A DNA stretch of 64,000 bases, from positions 558,001-622,000 of the forward strand of contig NW_026782221.1 of assembly GCF_031769215.1 (NCBI RefSeq), given 5' to 3'. This document shows, one piece after another, positions 52,916-64,000 of this stretch. Each line of letters begins with the position of its first letter. Position 1 is the first letter of the stretch. The notes under the pieces were generated by a model that had not been told where the DNA came from, searched no databases, and saw nothing but the letters and a program-made list of their open reading frames with translations. The stretch comes from Ylistrum balloti (taxonomy: Eukaryota). The position numbers were made by a program, and so were the translations under genes.

Positions 52916-55039
52916 GTGTTCAGTATGGTATATCCATCAACTTCTACAAGGAGGCCCCACCTTAAAATACTGACAGGCTATGCACATGGCAATAAGTCTA
53001 GCATAGGTTAGTATAGGTTAAGATCAAGAGAAGAAAATATACATGTATACTGTTACTTAGCCCTGTATGTCTTGTCTTTGTTACTTAACCCTGTCTGTCT
53101 TGTCTTTGTTACTTAACCTTCTCTGTCTTGTCTCTGTTACTTAAACTTCTCTGTCTTGTCTGTTCTGTAACCCTGTCTGTCTTGTCTCTGTTACTAAACC
53201 TTGTCTGTCTTGTCTCTGTTACATAACCCTGTCTGTCTTGTCTCTGTTACTAAACCTTGTCTGTCTTGTCTCTGTTACTTAACCCTGTCTGTCTTGTTTT
53301 TGTTACTAAACCTTGTCTGTTTTGTCTCTGTTACTTAACCCTGTCTGTCTTGTCTTTGTTACTTAACCCTGTCTGTCTTGTCTCTGTTACTTAACCCTGT
53401 CTGTCTTGTCTCTGTTACTTAACCCTGTCTGTCTTGTCTCTGTTACTTAACCCTGTCTGTTTTGTCTCTGTTTCTTAACGCTGTCTGTCTTGTTTGTATT
53501 TGATGATTTTTAGCATACCTGCCTGAACACATTTAATAATATATAGTATATAAGATTAAATGCGTGATGCATCCATTATAAAACAGAAATCTGTTTTTAT
53601 TTCCTGATTCTAATTATAGATAAGTGAGTGTTCAGTATGGTATATCCATCAACTTCTACAAGGAGGCCCCACCTTAAAATACTGACAGGCTATGCACATG
53701 GCAATAAGTCTAGCATAGGTTAGTATAGGTTAAGATCAAGAGAAGAAAATATACATGTATACTGTTACTTAGCCCTGTATGTCTTGTCTTTGTTACTTCA
53801 ACTTCTCTGTCTTGTCTGTTCTGTAACCTTGTCTGTCTTGTCTTTGTTACTTAACCTTGTCTGTCTTGTCTCTGTTACATAACCTTGTCTGTCTTGTCTC
53901 TATTACTTAACCCTGTCGGTCTTGTCTCTGTTACGTAACCTTGTCTGTCTTGTATTAGTTACTAAACCTTGTCTGTTTTGTCTCTGTTACTTAACCCTGT
54001 CTGTCTTGTCTCTGTTACTTAACCCTGTCTGTTTTGTCTCTGTTACTTAACCCTGTCTGTTTTGTCTTTGTTACTAAACCCTGTCTGTCTTGTCTCTGTT
54101 ACTTAACCCTGTCTGTCGTGTCTCTGTTACTAAACCCTGTCTGTCTTGTCTTTGTTACTAAACCTTGTCTGTCTTGTCTCTGTTACTTAACCCTGTCTGT
54201 CTTATCACTGTTACTTAACCCTGTCTGTCTTGTCTCTGTTACTTAACCCTGTCTGTCTTGTCTCTGTTACTTAACCCTGTCTGTCTTGTCTCTGTTACTT
54301 AACCCTGTCTGTCTTGTCTTTGTTACTAAACCTTGTCTGTCTTGTCTCTGTTACTTAACCCTGTCTGTCTTGTTTTTGTTACTAAACCTTTTCTGTTTTG
54401 TCTCTGTTACTTAACCCTGTCTGTCTTGTCTTTGTTACTTAACCTTGTCTGTTTTGTCTTTTGTACTTAACCCTGTCTGTCTTGTCTCTGTTACTTAACC
54501 CTGTCTGTTTTGTCTCTGTTACTTAACCCTGTCTGTCTTGTCTTTGTTACTAAACCTTGTCTGTTTTGTCTCTGTTACTTAACTTTGTTTGTCTTGTCTT
54601 TGTTACTTAACCTTGTCTGTCTTGTCTCTGTTACTTAACCCTGTCTGTCTTCTCTTTGTTACTTAACCCTGTCTGTCTTGTCTCTGTTACTTAACTTTGT
54701 TTGTCTTGTCTCTGTTACTTAAACCTGTCTGTCGTGTCTCTATTACTTAACCCTGTCTGTCTTGTCTTTGTTACTAAACCTTGTCTGTCTTGTCTCTGTT
54801 ACTTAACCCTGTCTGTCTTGTCTTTGTTACTTAACCCTGTCTGTTTTGTCTCTGTTACTTAACCCTGTCTGTTTTGTCTCTGTTTCTTAACCCTGTCTGT
54901 CTTGTTTGTTTTTGATGATTTTTAGCATACCTGCCTGAACACATTTAATAATATATAGTATATAAGATTAAATGTGTGATGCATCCATTATAAAACAGAA
55001 ATCTGTTTTTATTTCCTGATTCTAATTATAGATAAGTGA
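52916..55039. repeat. Tandem segmental duplication (712 bp + 1412 bp) with an embedded 28-bp minisatellite
   Basis: Unique flanks (GTGTTCAGTATGGTATATCC... and ...TTTGATGATTTTTAGCATACC...GTGAGTG) occur twice; the 28-mer TGTCTGTCTTGTCTCTGTTACTTAACCC is expanded more in copy 2. Confidence 0.92.
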
Positions 55040-55464
55040 GTGTCAGAAAATAAATTTTTGTTTTTTATTTTTTAGTGTAATCATGTTGTGGAAAGTGAAA
55101 CACGTTTGAAAAGGCTACATCTCTTATACTGAAAATAAATTGCTAATGAGATGTAAAATGTATCCATTTATATATCATTAGAGTTTGGTAAGGTATAGAT
55201 AGTGATATTTCGGTGAGAAAAAATATGAACAAGAGGCCAATGGGATAAGGTAAACTAAAACCACCAAGGACAGTTCCGTTCAACAGTACTGGCCTTAATA
55301 TATAGTACGCTGTCACAACTGTTGATCAAGTTACCACTACGCTGATAACACAGGTATGTGTGTATTTACAGTGTATATCATTATGACAGGGAAAATTATC
55401 TGTGTAACTTTCACCAATGCTAATGTGTTTTTTTATTTCTAGTGTCCCTTGAAAGTTGTCACAT

Positions 55465-58330
55465 GGTATTTTGTTTTTGTCCCCATACTGTGTCTCATGG
55501 CATTTTGTTTTTGTACCCATACTGTGTCTCATGGTAATTTGTTTTTGTCCCCATACTGTGTCTCATGGCATTTTGTTTTTGTCTTTATACTGTGTCTCAT
55601 GGTATTTTGTTTTTGTCCCCATACTGTGTCTCATGGTAATTTGTTTTTGTTCCCATACTGTGTCTCATGGCATTTTGTTTTTGTCTTTATACTGTGTCTC
55701 ATGGTATTTTGTTTTTGTTCCCATACTGTGTCTCATGGCATTTTGTTTTTGTTCCCATACTGTGTCTCATGGCATTTTGTTTTTGTCCCCATACTGTGTC
55801 TCATGGCATTTTGTTTTTGTCCCCATACTGTGTCTCATGGTATTTTGTTTTTGTCCCCATACTGTGTCTCATGGTATTTTGTTTTTGTCCCCATACTGTG
55901 TCTCATGGTATTTTGTTTTTGTTCCCATACTGTGTCTCATGGCATTTTGTTTTTGTCCCCATGCTGTGTCTCATGGCATTTTGTTTTTGTACCCATACTG
56001 TGTCTCATGGCATTTTGTTTTTGTACCCATACTGTGTCTCATGGCATTTTGTTTTTGTCCCCATACTGTGTCTCATGGCATTTTGTTTTTGTCCCCATAC
56101 TGTGTCTCATGGCATTTTGTTTTTGTCCCCATACTGTGTCTCATGGCATTTTGTTTTTGTCCCCATACTGTGTCTCATGGTATTTTGTTTTTGTCCCCAT
56201 ATTGTGTCTCATGGTATTTTGATTTGTCCCCATACTGTATCTCATGGTATTTTGTTTTTGTCCCCATACTGTGTCTCATGGCATTTTGTTTTTGTACCCA
56301 TACTGTGTCTCATGGCATTTTGTTTTTGTCCCCATACTGTGTCTCATGGCATTTTGTTTTTGTCCCCATACTGTGTCTCATGGCATTTTGTTTTTGTACC
56401 CATGCTGTGTCTCATGGTGATTTTTTTTTGTACCCATACTGTGTCTCATGGCATTTTGTTTTTGTACCCATACTGTGTCTCATGGTGATTTTGTTTTTGT
56501 ACCCATACTGTGTCTCATGGTATTTTGTTTTTGTTCCCATACTGTGTCTCATGGCATTTTGTTTTTGTACCCATACTGTGTCTCATGGTATTTTGTTTTG
56601 TCCCCATACTGTGTCTCATGGCATTTTGTTTTTGTACCCATACTGTGTCTCATGGTATTTTGTTTTTGTTCCCATACTGTGTCTCATGGCATTTTGTTTT
56701 TGTCCCCATACTGTGTCTCATGGTATTTTGTTTTTGTTCCCATACTGTGTCTCATGGCATTTTGTTTTTGTCCCTATACTGTGTCTCATGGCATTTTGTT
56801 TTTGTCTTTATACTGTGTCTCATGGTATTTTGTTTTTGTCCCCATACTGTTTGTCATGGTATTTTGTTTTTGTCCCCATACTGTGTCTCATGGCATTTTG
56901 TTTTTGTTCCCATACTGTGTCTCATGGCATTTTGTTTTTGTCCCCATACTGTGTCTCATGGCATTTTGTTTTTGTCCCCATACTGTGTCTCATGGCATTT
57001 TGTTTTTGTCTTTATACTGTGTCTCATGGTATTTTGTTTTTGTCCCCATACTGTGTCTCATGGTAATTTGTTTTTGTTCCCATACTGTGTCTCATGGCAT
57101 TTTGTTTTTGTCTTTATACTGTTTGTCATGGTATTTTGTTTTTGTCCCCATACTGTGTCTCATGGTAATTTGTTTTTGTTCCCATACTGTGTCGCATGGC
57201 ATTTTGTTTTTGTCTTTATACTGTGTCTCATGGTATTTTGTTTTTGTCCCCATACTGGGTCTCATGACATTTTGTTTTTGTTCCCATACTGTGTCTCATG
57301 GCATTTTGTTTTTGTTCCCATACTGTGTCTCATGGCATTTTGTTTTTGTTCCCATACTGTGTCTCATGGCATTTTGTTTTTGTCTTTATACTGTGTCTCA
57401 TGGTATTTTGTTTTTGTCCCCATACTGTGTCTCATGGTATTTTGTTTTTGTCCGAATATTGTGTCTCATGGCATTTTGTTTTTGTCCCCATGCTGTGTCT
57501 CATGGCATTTTGTTTTTGTACCCATACTGTGTCTCATGGCATTTTGTTTTTGTACCCATACTGTGTCTCATGGCATTTTGTTTTTGTCCCCATACTGTGT
57601 CTCATGGCATTTTGTTTTTGTCCCCATACTGTGTCTCATGGCATTTTGTTTTTGTCCCCATACTGTGTCTCATGGCATTTTGTTTTTGTCCCCATACTGT
57701 GTCTCATGGTATTTTGTTTTTGTCCCCATATTGTGTCTCATGGTATTTTGTTTTTGTCCCCATACTGTATCTCATGGTATTTTGTTTTTGTCCCCATACT
57801 GTGTCTCATGGCATTTTGTTTTTGTACCCATACTGTGTCTCATGGCATTTTGTTTTTGTCCCCATACTGTGTCTCATGGCATTTTGTTTTTGTCCCCATA
57901 CTGTGTCTCATGGCATTTTGTTTTTGTACCCATGCTGTGTCTCATGGCATTTTGTTTTTGTACCCATACTGTGTCTCATGGTGATTTTGTTTTTGTACCC
58001 ATACTGTGTCTCATGGTATTTTGTTTTTGTCCCCATACTGTGTCTCCTGGAATTTAGTTTTCGTCTCCATACTGTGTCTCATGGTATTTTGTTTTTGTCC
58101 CCATACTGTGTCTCATGGTATTTTGTTTTTGTCCCCATACTGTGTCTCATGGCATTTTGTTTTTGTCCCCATACTGTGTCTCATGGCATTTTGTTTTTGT
58201 CCCCATACTGTGTCTCATGGCATTTTGTTTTTGTCCCCATACTGTGTCTCATGGCATTTTGTTTTTGTACCCATACTGTGTCTCATGGCATTTTGTTTTT
58301 GTCCCCATACTGTGTCTCATGGTGATATGG
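55465..58330. repeat. Minisatellite, 34-bp unit x about 84
   Basis: Unit CATACTGTGTCTCATGGCATTTTGTTTTTGTCCC; it produces the spurious long Cys/Phe ORFs. Confidence 0.96.
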
Positions 58331-59127
58331 TTTTTGTCCACGTAACATTGTCCTGTGATATTTTTGTTTTGTGGTAATTCATTTGTGTCCCTATACAGTT
58401 GCCTCAAAGTAGATTTGTCTTTGTATGGTTGGCTCATGGGGACACTTTACTTTGGAGCTAGAAGTTTCTTAGTTCATATGTCAAATGTGGGAATAAATTA
58501 TTGGGTGATGTTTATACAAAATACAGTCAAATGATGTAGGAAAGATATTGATTGATATGAACAAACACGTGTTCATGTCATAGATTGTCAGTTAGTTATG
58601 GTTTATAAAAGTGGGTATATGCATCAATGACTTGTAATATTATCAAGAATTTGTGCACCACCTCTCTGACCTAGCTAATTGACTAATGAATATAGATGAA
58701 GCCATTTGGTTTCATATTTGTTCCCATATCTCAATGTCCTGTTGGCTTGTCAAAACTTCCTTTGTATACATGTATATATACATGGAAACTGATATTATTT
58801 ACCAAAAGCTGTCCTCGAGACTCCAGAGGTTATGATCACTTTTGCCCTCTGCAACCCTGGTATTGAAATGGCTTTGAAGTTGAGTGTTGCTCCTTTGTAA
58901 TCTTCAAAAAGAACACATCAATCTGTTATTCAGCCAGGTTTTTCTCCTGGAAACAATGAAATTGCTTTGATTGTGCCTTCAATTTTGACATGTCATGTTC
59001 CATGGGTGCAGAGAGTGAAAGTGATTTTAACAACTGGCGTGTCAAAGATGACCAAAGGCAGAACATAAATGTAAACACAAAGTAAAAAATATCATATATA
59101 CCTTTTTGTGTAACAATCATCATCACT

Positions 59128-59330
59128 CTGATTCCAAGCTCAGTCCCAGGGTAATTTGGATTCCAATCTCAGTCCCTGGGTAATTTGGATTCCAAGCTCA
59201 GTCCCAGGGTAATTTGGATTCCAAGCTCAATCCCAGGGTAACTTGGATTCCAAGCTCAGTCTCCGGGAAATTTGGACTCTAAGCTCAATCCCTGGGTAAT
59301 TTGGATTCCAAGCTCATTCCCTGGGTAATT
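59128..59330. repeat. Minisatellite, 29-bp unit x about 7
   Basis: Unit GGATTCCAAGCTCAGTCCCAGGGTAATTT; about 80 bp upstream of a probable acceptor (CTACAG|G at 59408) before the oxidoreductase ATG. Confidence 0.88.
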
Positions 59331-59429
59331 TGATGAAATAATTGTAAATACACTGTACAATATTTGTTTACCTCACTGAGTTCAGTCTTTTATAGTGAGA
59401 ATCTACAGGATACAAGTTGATCTGGTGAG

Positions 59430-62400
59430 ATGGATCAGGTATTTGATGTGGTGATTATAGGAGGGGGTGTGGTGGGCTGTTCCCAGGTGTTCACTCTAAG
59501 TAGACACGGCTACAAATGTCTGCTTCTGGAAAAGGAAGCGCACCTTGTGTCCATGGCCAGCTCTGGAAACAGGTGAAAAAATTTACCTGTTATTAACAAA
59601 TCAAAAGTGGTCAATACATATCAATTAATATTGGTCCTGATAACTGAAAAAAACATCATCTTTTGTAGTAGATTTATAAAAAAATATATTGATATTTTTT
59701 TTTAATTTTTAACTTACTTTGCTTTAATGACTTCAATCTTCGGACATTTTTTTATTGTACAATGGGATATACTACACAATAGATTTTGTAATGTAAAATT
59801 ACTTCTCTCTAACTGCTAAGCTCCATGTTACCATATAGACTGTAAATTTTGAGGATTCTGTCATTTTTCCTATTCCTGGAGATGAAATATTAGCTTAAAA
59901 TACCTGTAGGTTAGCCTACACCTAGATTGATCACTAACCTTTCTCTTATTTCTATTGTACTGTGAGATGTTAGCCTACACCTAGATTGATCACTAACCTT
60001 TCTCTTATTTCTATTGTACTGTGGGATGTTAGCCTACACCTAGATTGATCACTAACCTTTCCCTTATTTCTATTATACAGTAGGATGTTAGCCTACACCT
60101 AGATTGATCACTAACCTTTCCCTTATTTCTATTATACAGTAGGATGTTAGCCTACACCTAGATTGATCACTAACCTTTCTCTTATTTCTATTATACAGTA
60201 GGGTGGTAGCCTACACCTAGATTTGTCACTAACCTTTCTATTATTTCTATTGTACTGTGAGATGTTAGCCTACACCTAGATTTGTCACTAACCTTCCTGT
60301 TTTTCTTATTGTGCAGTGGGATGCTACACACAGGGTTTGATGCTCCATTAGACAGTGTTGAACTTTCCTGTATACTCAAATGTCAGCAACAGATCCTACC
60401 TACCCTCAGTTCTCTTGGGCTTCCATACTCAAAAATAGGAGCAACTATGGTGGCCTGGAATACCCAACAGGTAAAATTCCATTTCCCCTGATTAGTGATT
60501 CAGAGAAATGCTTTCCAGTTAATATCTCCATGTTCTGGTTCAGTTACCAAAACAACAGTACCTTGGAATTGGCATTAGATGTTAGTGCCCATTTTGTCTG
60601 CAATGTATTGGGTTTTTAATAAAGTCTACTGCTTAGTCAATATTTAATCTTGAAGCTTAAATGTTCTGTGATCATACATATTTCAGCAGTAATCTTATTT
60701 GAGCACTTGTTGCATTGAAAGTATCATGTTAAGATACGATTGTTTCTGTGATAAACATGTTAACAGGTATGATTTAATTTGCTTTTGCCTTCAATGTTTA
60801 CTTTTGTTTTTCATCAATATACCTTAGGCCAATTTCTTATGCTGGAGTTACATACTCTCTGACAGAATCTGATCAATGACATCAACCATTTTTGGTGAAA
60901 AAGGCTTGTAAGTTGAGCAAGTTATAGGTAAAGTTTTTCAGCAAGTCTTACGTCAGAATTCAATGGCATGTTAAAGTGAAAAGATGTGAGCAAGCTATAT
61001 TGATGTATATTCCTATCAATAATCACTTTAAAAAAGTCCATGGTGTACACATTTCTAACGTCTTGTTTGTGAGATTTATGTTCGATCATTAAAATATTTC
61101 AGAAAGAGAAACTTCATCAAGTGATGCACAGGGCCAAAGAAGACGCTTGTGAAATATCCTTGTCACAACTCTACCAGAGGGAGCCACATTTAGCTTGTGG
61201 AGCTACTGGCGCCCTCTGGATACCATCAGAAGCTGTAATTGATCCATGGCTGACACCAATCAGTTTTGCACATCATGCAAAAACATTAGGTGCTAAGGTA
61301 AAATTTCTTAATTCAGAAGTAAGTATTTGGAGGATTTATTGAAAGACAACATCAAAATCAAACATCATTCCATATGTTTCAAATGGTTACAAAATGAAAA
61401 CATCTGAAAATTGCAGATTTACAAAGGTTTGTTGACAATCTTCCCCTCAGAGAATTATCGGTATTATGATTATTACTGTTACAATCTTTACAGCCCGTTA
61501 ACTCCTAAAATGTCATTAGGGCCGTCAAACGGTAAACACTAGAGTCTGCCATCAAATTCACAACAACGTTGTGTCTTACAGTACAAGTTTTCTTCCTAAT
61601 TTGATATTACTTTGCAGGTGTCAACAAGTACAATGGTCCAGAGCTGCGAGCAAGACTCCCCAGGGATCTGGAGAATCTGTACCAACAGGGGTGTATTCTG
61701 TGGCCAAGTGGTCATCAACAGCGCAGGTCTGTATGGTGATGTAGTGGACAAACTGGCTGGAGTCCAAAAGTTCAGGTCAGTATACTGTTCCACTGATGGT
61801 TCATACTTCCAGTTTTAACAAAAGCTTGAAGCAAAAGGAATGTGTTTTTTCACAGAAGTCATTTAACAGTTTAATTTCCTTAAATAATTTAACGTTCATG
61901 GCATCTGTTGTTTAAAGTTTTATTTCAGCTTCAAAAAAGAGAACCAACAGAATCTCTTGAAAGTGATATTTACATTTCTTTCAATCTCATTATCTTTATC
62001 AGGCAAAAAATAAGATTATACAGAAGAATGCCAAATTTCGTTTACTTAATGGCTGTGACTTAGAGTGATTGTGTGTTTTAGAATTATGCCAAGGATGGGT
62101 CAGTACCTTGTTTACGGCTCTGAGACCAAGTCTCTCATCAACAGTAGTATACTGCCCATCCCTACTGACAAAACCAAAGGAGTCATTGTATTCAAGTCTG
62201 GTATGTGTAAAATAAATTCTCCCAATCCCTGTGTTTATATAAATCTTTCATTATTTTGTTTAAAATCAAGTCAGTATGTAAAAATAAATAAATAAATAAA
62301 TAGTTTGACCCAAGTGTTGTAAAGTAGTCTTGTTACATACTTCATAATGTATATATATAAACAACAAATCAATATGACTGACTGAGAAGGAAAGACATTA

Positions 62401-64000
62401 TCTCACTTAGTCACATTGGTCCAAAGTATTCTATCAATGAATCTCTACTGTGTAATGCATAACAAAGGACATATCTGACCTTTACTATATTGGGTTGAAG
62501 GACTTAAACAGGGTCAAAGGTCATAGAGGTGAAGATTATCACATCACAATTTGCTTACATCAGTTAATTTCTTATTGTAACTATCAATTTTAATCATTTT
62601 GTATGATAATGTCAAACAAAAAAAGCATCAAACAAGTTTATTCACAGCTGAGATATGTCTTGACAGTGAAGATAGAACAAAGCTCATATCAATGTCAGAA
62701 GAATGTGAAGTAAATTGTGTTTTACTTAAGGAGTTATGTTCTGTTATTTCTGTAACAGGAATACTGTGATATCGGTGAACCAGATCCTCTCCAGATAACC
62801 TATACATTGTAGGCTGTGATACATTCTGGTATATGTTATTTCTGTAACACAAATACTGTGATGTAGGTGAACCAGATCCTCTCCAGACAACCTATATATT
62901 GTAGGCTGTGATACATTCTGGTATATGTTATTTCTGTAACACAAGTACTGTGATGTAGGTGAACCAGATCCTCTCCAGACAACCTATATATTGTAGGCTG
63001 TGATACATTCTGGTATATGTTATTTCTGTAACACAAATACTATGATGTAGGTGAACCAGATCCTCTCCAGATAACCTATATATTGTAGGCTGTGATACAT
63101 TCTGGTATATGTTATTTCTGTAACACAAATACTATGATGTAGGTGAACCAGATCCTCTCCAGATAACCTATATATTGTAGGCTGTGATACATTCTGGTAT
63201 ATGTTCTGTTTATTTTCAGTTTATAACAATGTGATAATTGGCCCTACACAAGAAGAGACTGAACAACGTACTATACCATTTGGCCTTTCTCAGCAAGTGG
63301 TGAACACCCTACTGAATCATGGACATGTCACTGTGCCTTCTCTAGGGTCATATCCTGTAATAACCACATACTCTGGTACACGCCCTGCTACAGAGACTAA
63401 GGACTACCATGTAGTTCCCCACACTGACAGGTATATACATAGTATCCTAACCCTCTCCTACCACTGAGTTAATACATGGTAACCTAACCCTCTCCTACTC
63501 CTGTGGTAATACATAGGTGTCCTAACCCTCTCATACCCTTACGGTACCCTAACCTTCTCCTACCCCTCAGGTAATACATGGTACTCTTACTCTCTGATAC
63601 TCCTGTGGTACCCTAACCCTTTCCTATCCCTCAGGTAAAACATGGTACCCTTACTCTCTCATACTTCTATGGTACCCTAAACCTTGCTATGTTCCCTGTA
63701 ACTAAACATCTTCCCATGTTAACAGTTTGACATTTGCATGTAAATATCAACTTGGTAATGATCAAATCCTCATTAAGCTATTAACCAGTATTTCTCCCAG
63801 AATATAGTGACAGTAGCTGGAAGCTCTATTAGCCAATTCTTCTTGTTCCATATCACCATTCTAATTATACAAAGAACATTAGTCTCCACCTTGTTGTAGG
63901 AACTGGCTGACACTGGGAGGTATTCGCTCCACAGGGTTGTCCTCCTGCTTGGGGGTCGCTGACATGGTTGCCAAGATTATGAAAGACAGATTCTGTCTGG
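59430..64000 (+). CDS. FAD-dependent oxidoreductase, DAO family (GlpA-type glycerol-3-phosphate dehydrogenase / L-2-hydroxyglutarate oxidase-like); 3' end runs off the window
   Basis: Exons 59430-59572, 60317-60470, 61103-61297, 61618-61775, 62082-62200, 63220-63430, 63900-64000+, phases consistent. Rossmann motif DVVIIGGGVVG...LLEKE, then ASSGNSGMLHTGFDAP, VINSAGLYGD, PIPTDKTKGV, IIGPT, YSGTRPA and GIRSTGLS. An in-frame TGA 4 codons upstream supports ATG 59430 as the start. Confidence 0.88.
59908..60324 (+). repeat. 59-bp tandem array x7 copying the branch point / polypyrimidine / acceptor region of oxidoreductase exon 2
   Basis: Unit TTAGCCTACACCTAGATTGATCACTAACCTTTCTCTTATTTCTATTATACAGTAGGATG, compared with the true acceptor TTTTCTTATTGTGCAG|TGGGATG. 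Confidence 0.9.
62742..63203. repeat. 92-bp tandem array x5 abutting the acceptor of oxidoreductase exon 6
   Basis: Period 92 (62742, 62834, 62926, 63018, 63110); it explains the offset-92 duplicate ORFs. Confidence 0.92.
63431..63690 (+). repeat. Degenerate repeats of about 38 bp starting at the exon 6 donor of the oxidoreductase
   Basis: Recurring (G)GTAATACATGGTACCCTAACCCTCTCCTAC variants. Confidence 0.7.

Noticed and set aside
55449-58377. Very long Cys/Phe/His-rich ORFs (257-625 aa) resembling a repetitive membrane or metal-binding protein
   Set aside because: They are translations of a 34-bp minisatellite whose plus strand happens to lack stops in all three frames. There is no unique coding sequence, splice context or codon-level constraint.

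Overview
AT-rich metazoan genomic DNA, probably a bivalve mollusc (inferred from the repeat families). I reconstructed four spliced genes by hand from GT-AG junctions and phase continuity. (1) The 3' 19 exons of an Na-K-2Cl cotransporter SLC12A2/NKCC1 (+, 3268-16846; 5' exons lie upstream). (2) A complete 5-exon FBXO22 (-, 36934-26777). (3) Head-to-head with it, a complete 6-exon coiled-coil gene resembling CCDC192 (+, 37286-42873). (4) The first 7 coding exons of a GlpA/DAO-family FAD oxidoreductase (+, 59430 to the window end). Mobile DNA includes a Tc1 DD34E transposon, a Helentron-type non-autonomous element carrying 145-bp repeats, tRNA-SINE fragments and a very young Ty3/Gypsy element. 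The strongest signals are (a) the Gypsy element, which has identical 150-bp LTRs with non-canonical TAGA...TCTA ends and a primer-binding site complementary to its own LTR (apparent self-priming), and (b) several intronic minisatellites that are amplified copies of the adjacent exon-intron junction, giving up to about 75 reiterated 5' splice sites in FBXO22. Other leads are a candidate 51-nt NKCC cassette exon and possible SLC12A2-CCDC192 linkage shared with vertebrates. The long Cys/Phe-rich ORFs at 55-58 kb are minisatellite artefacts.
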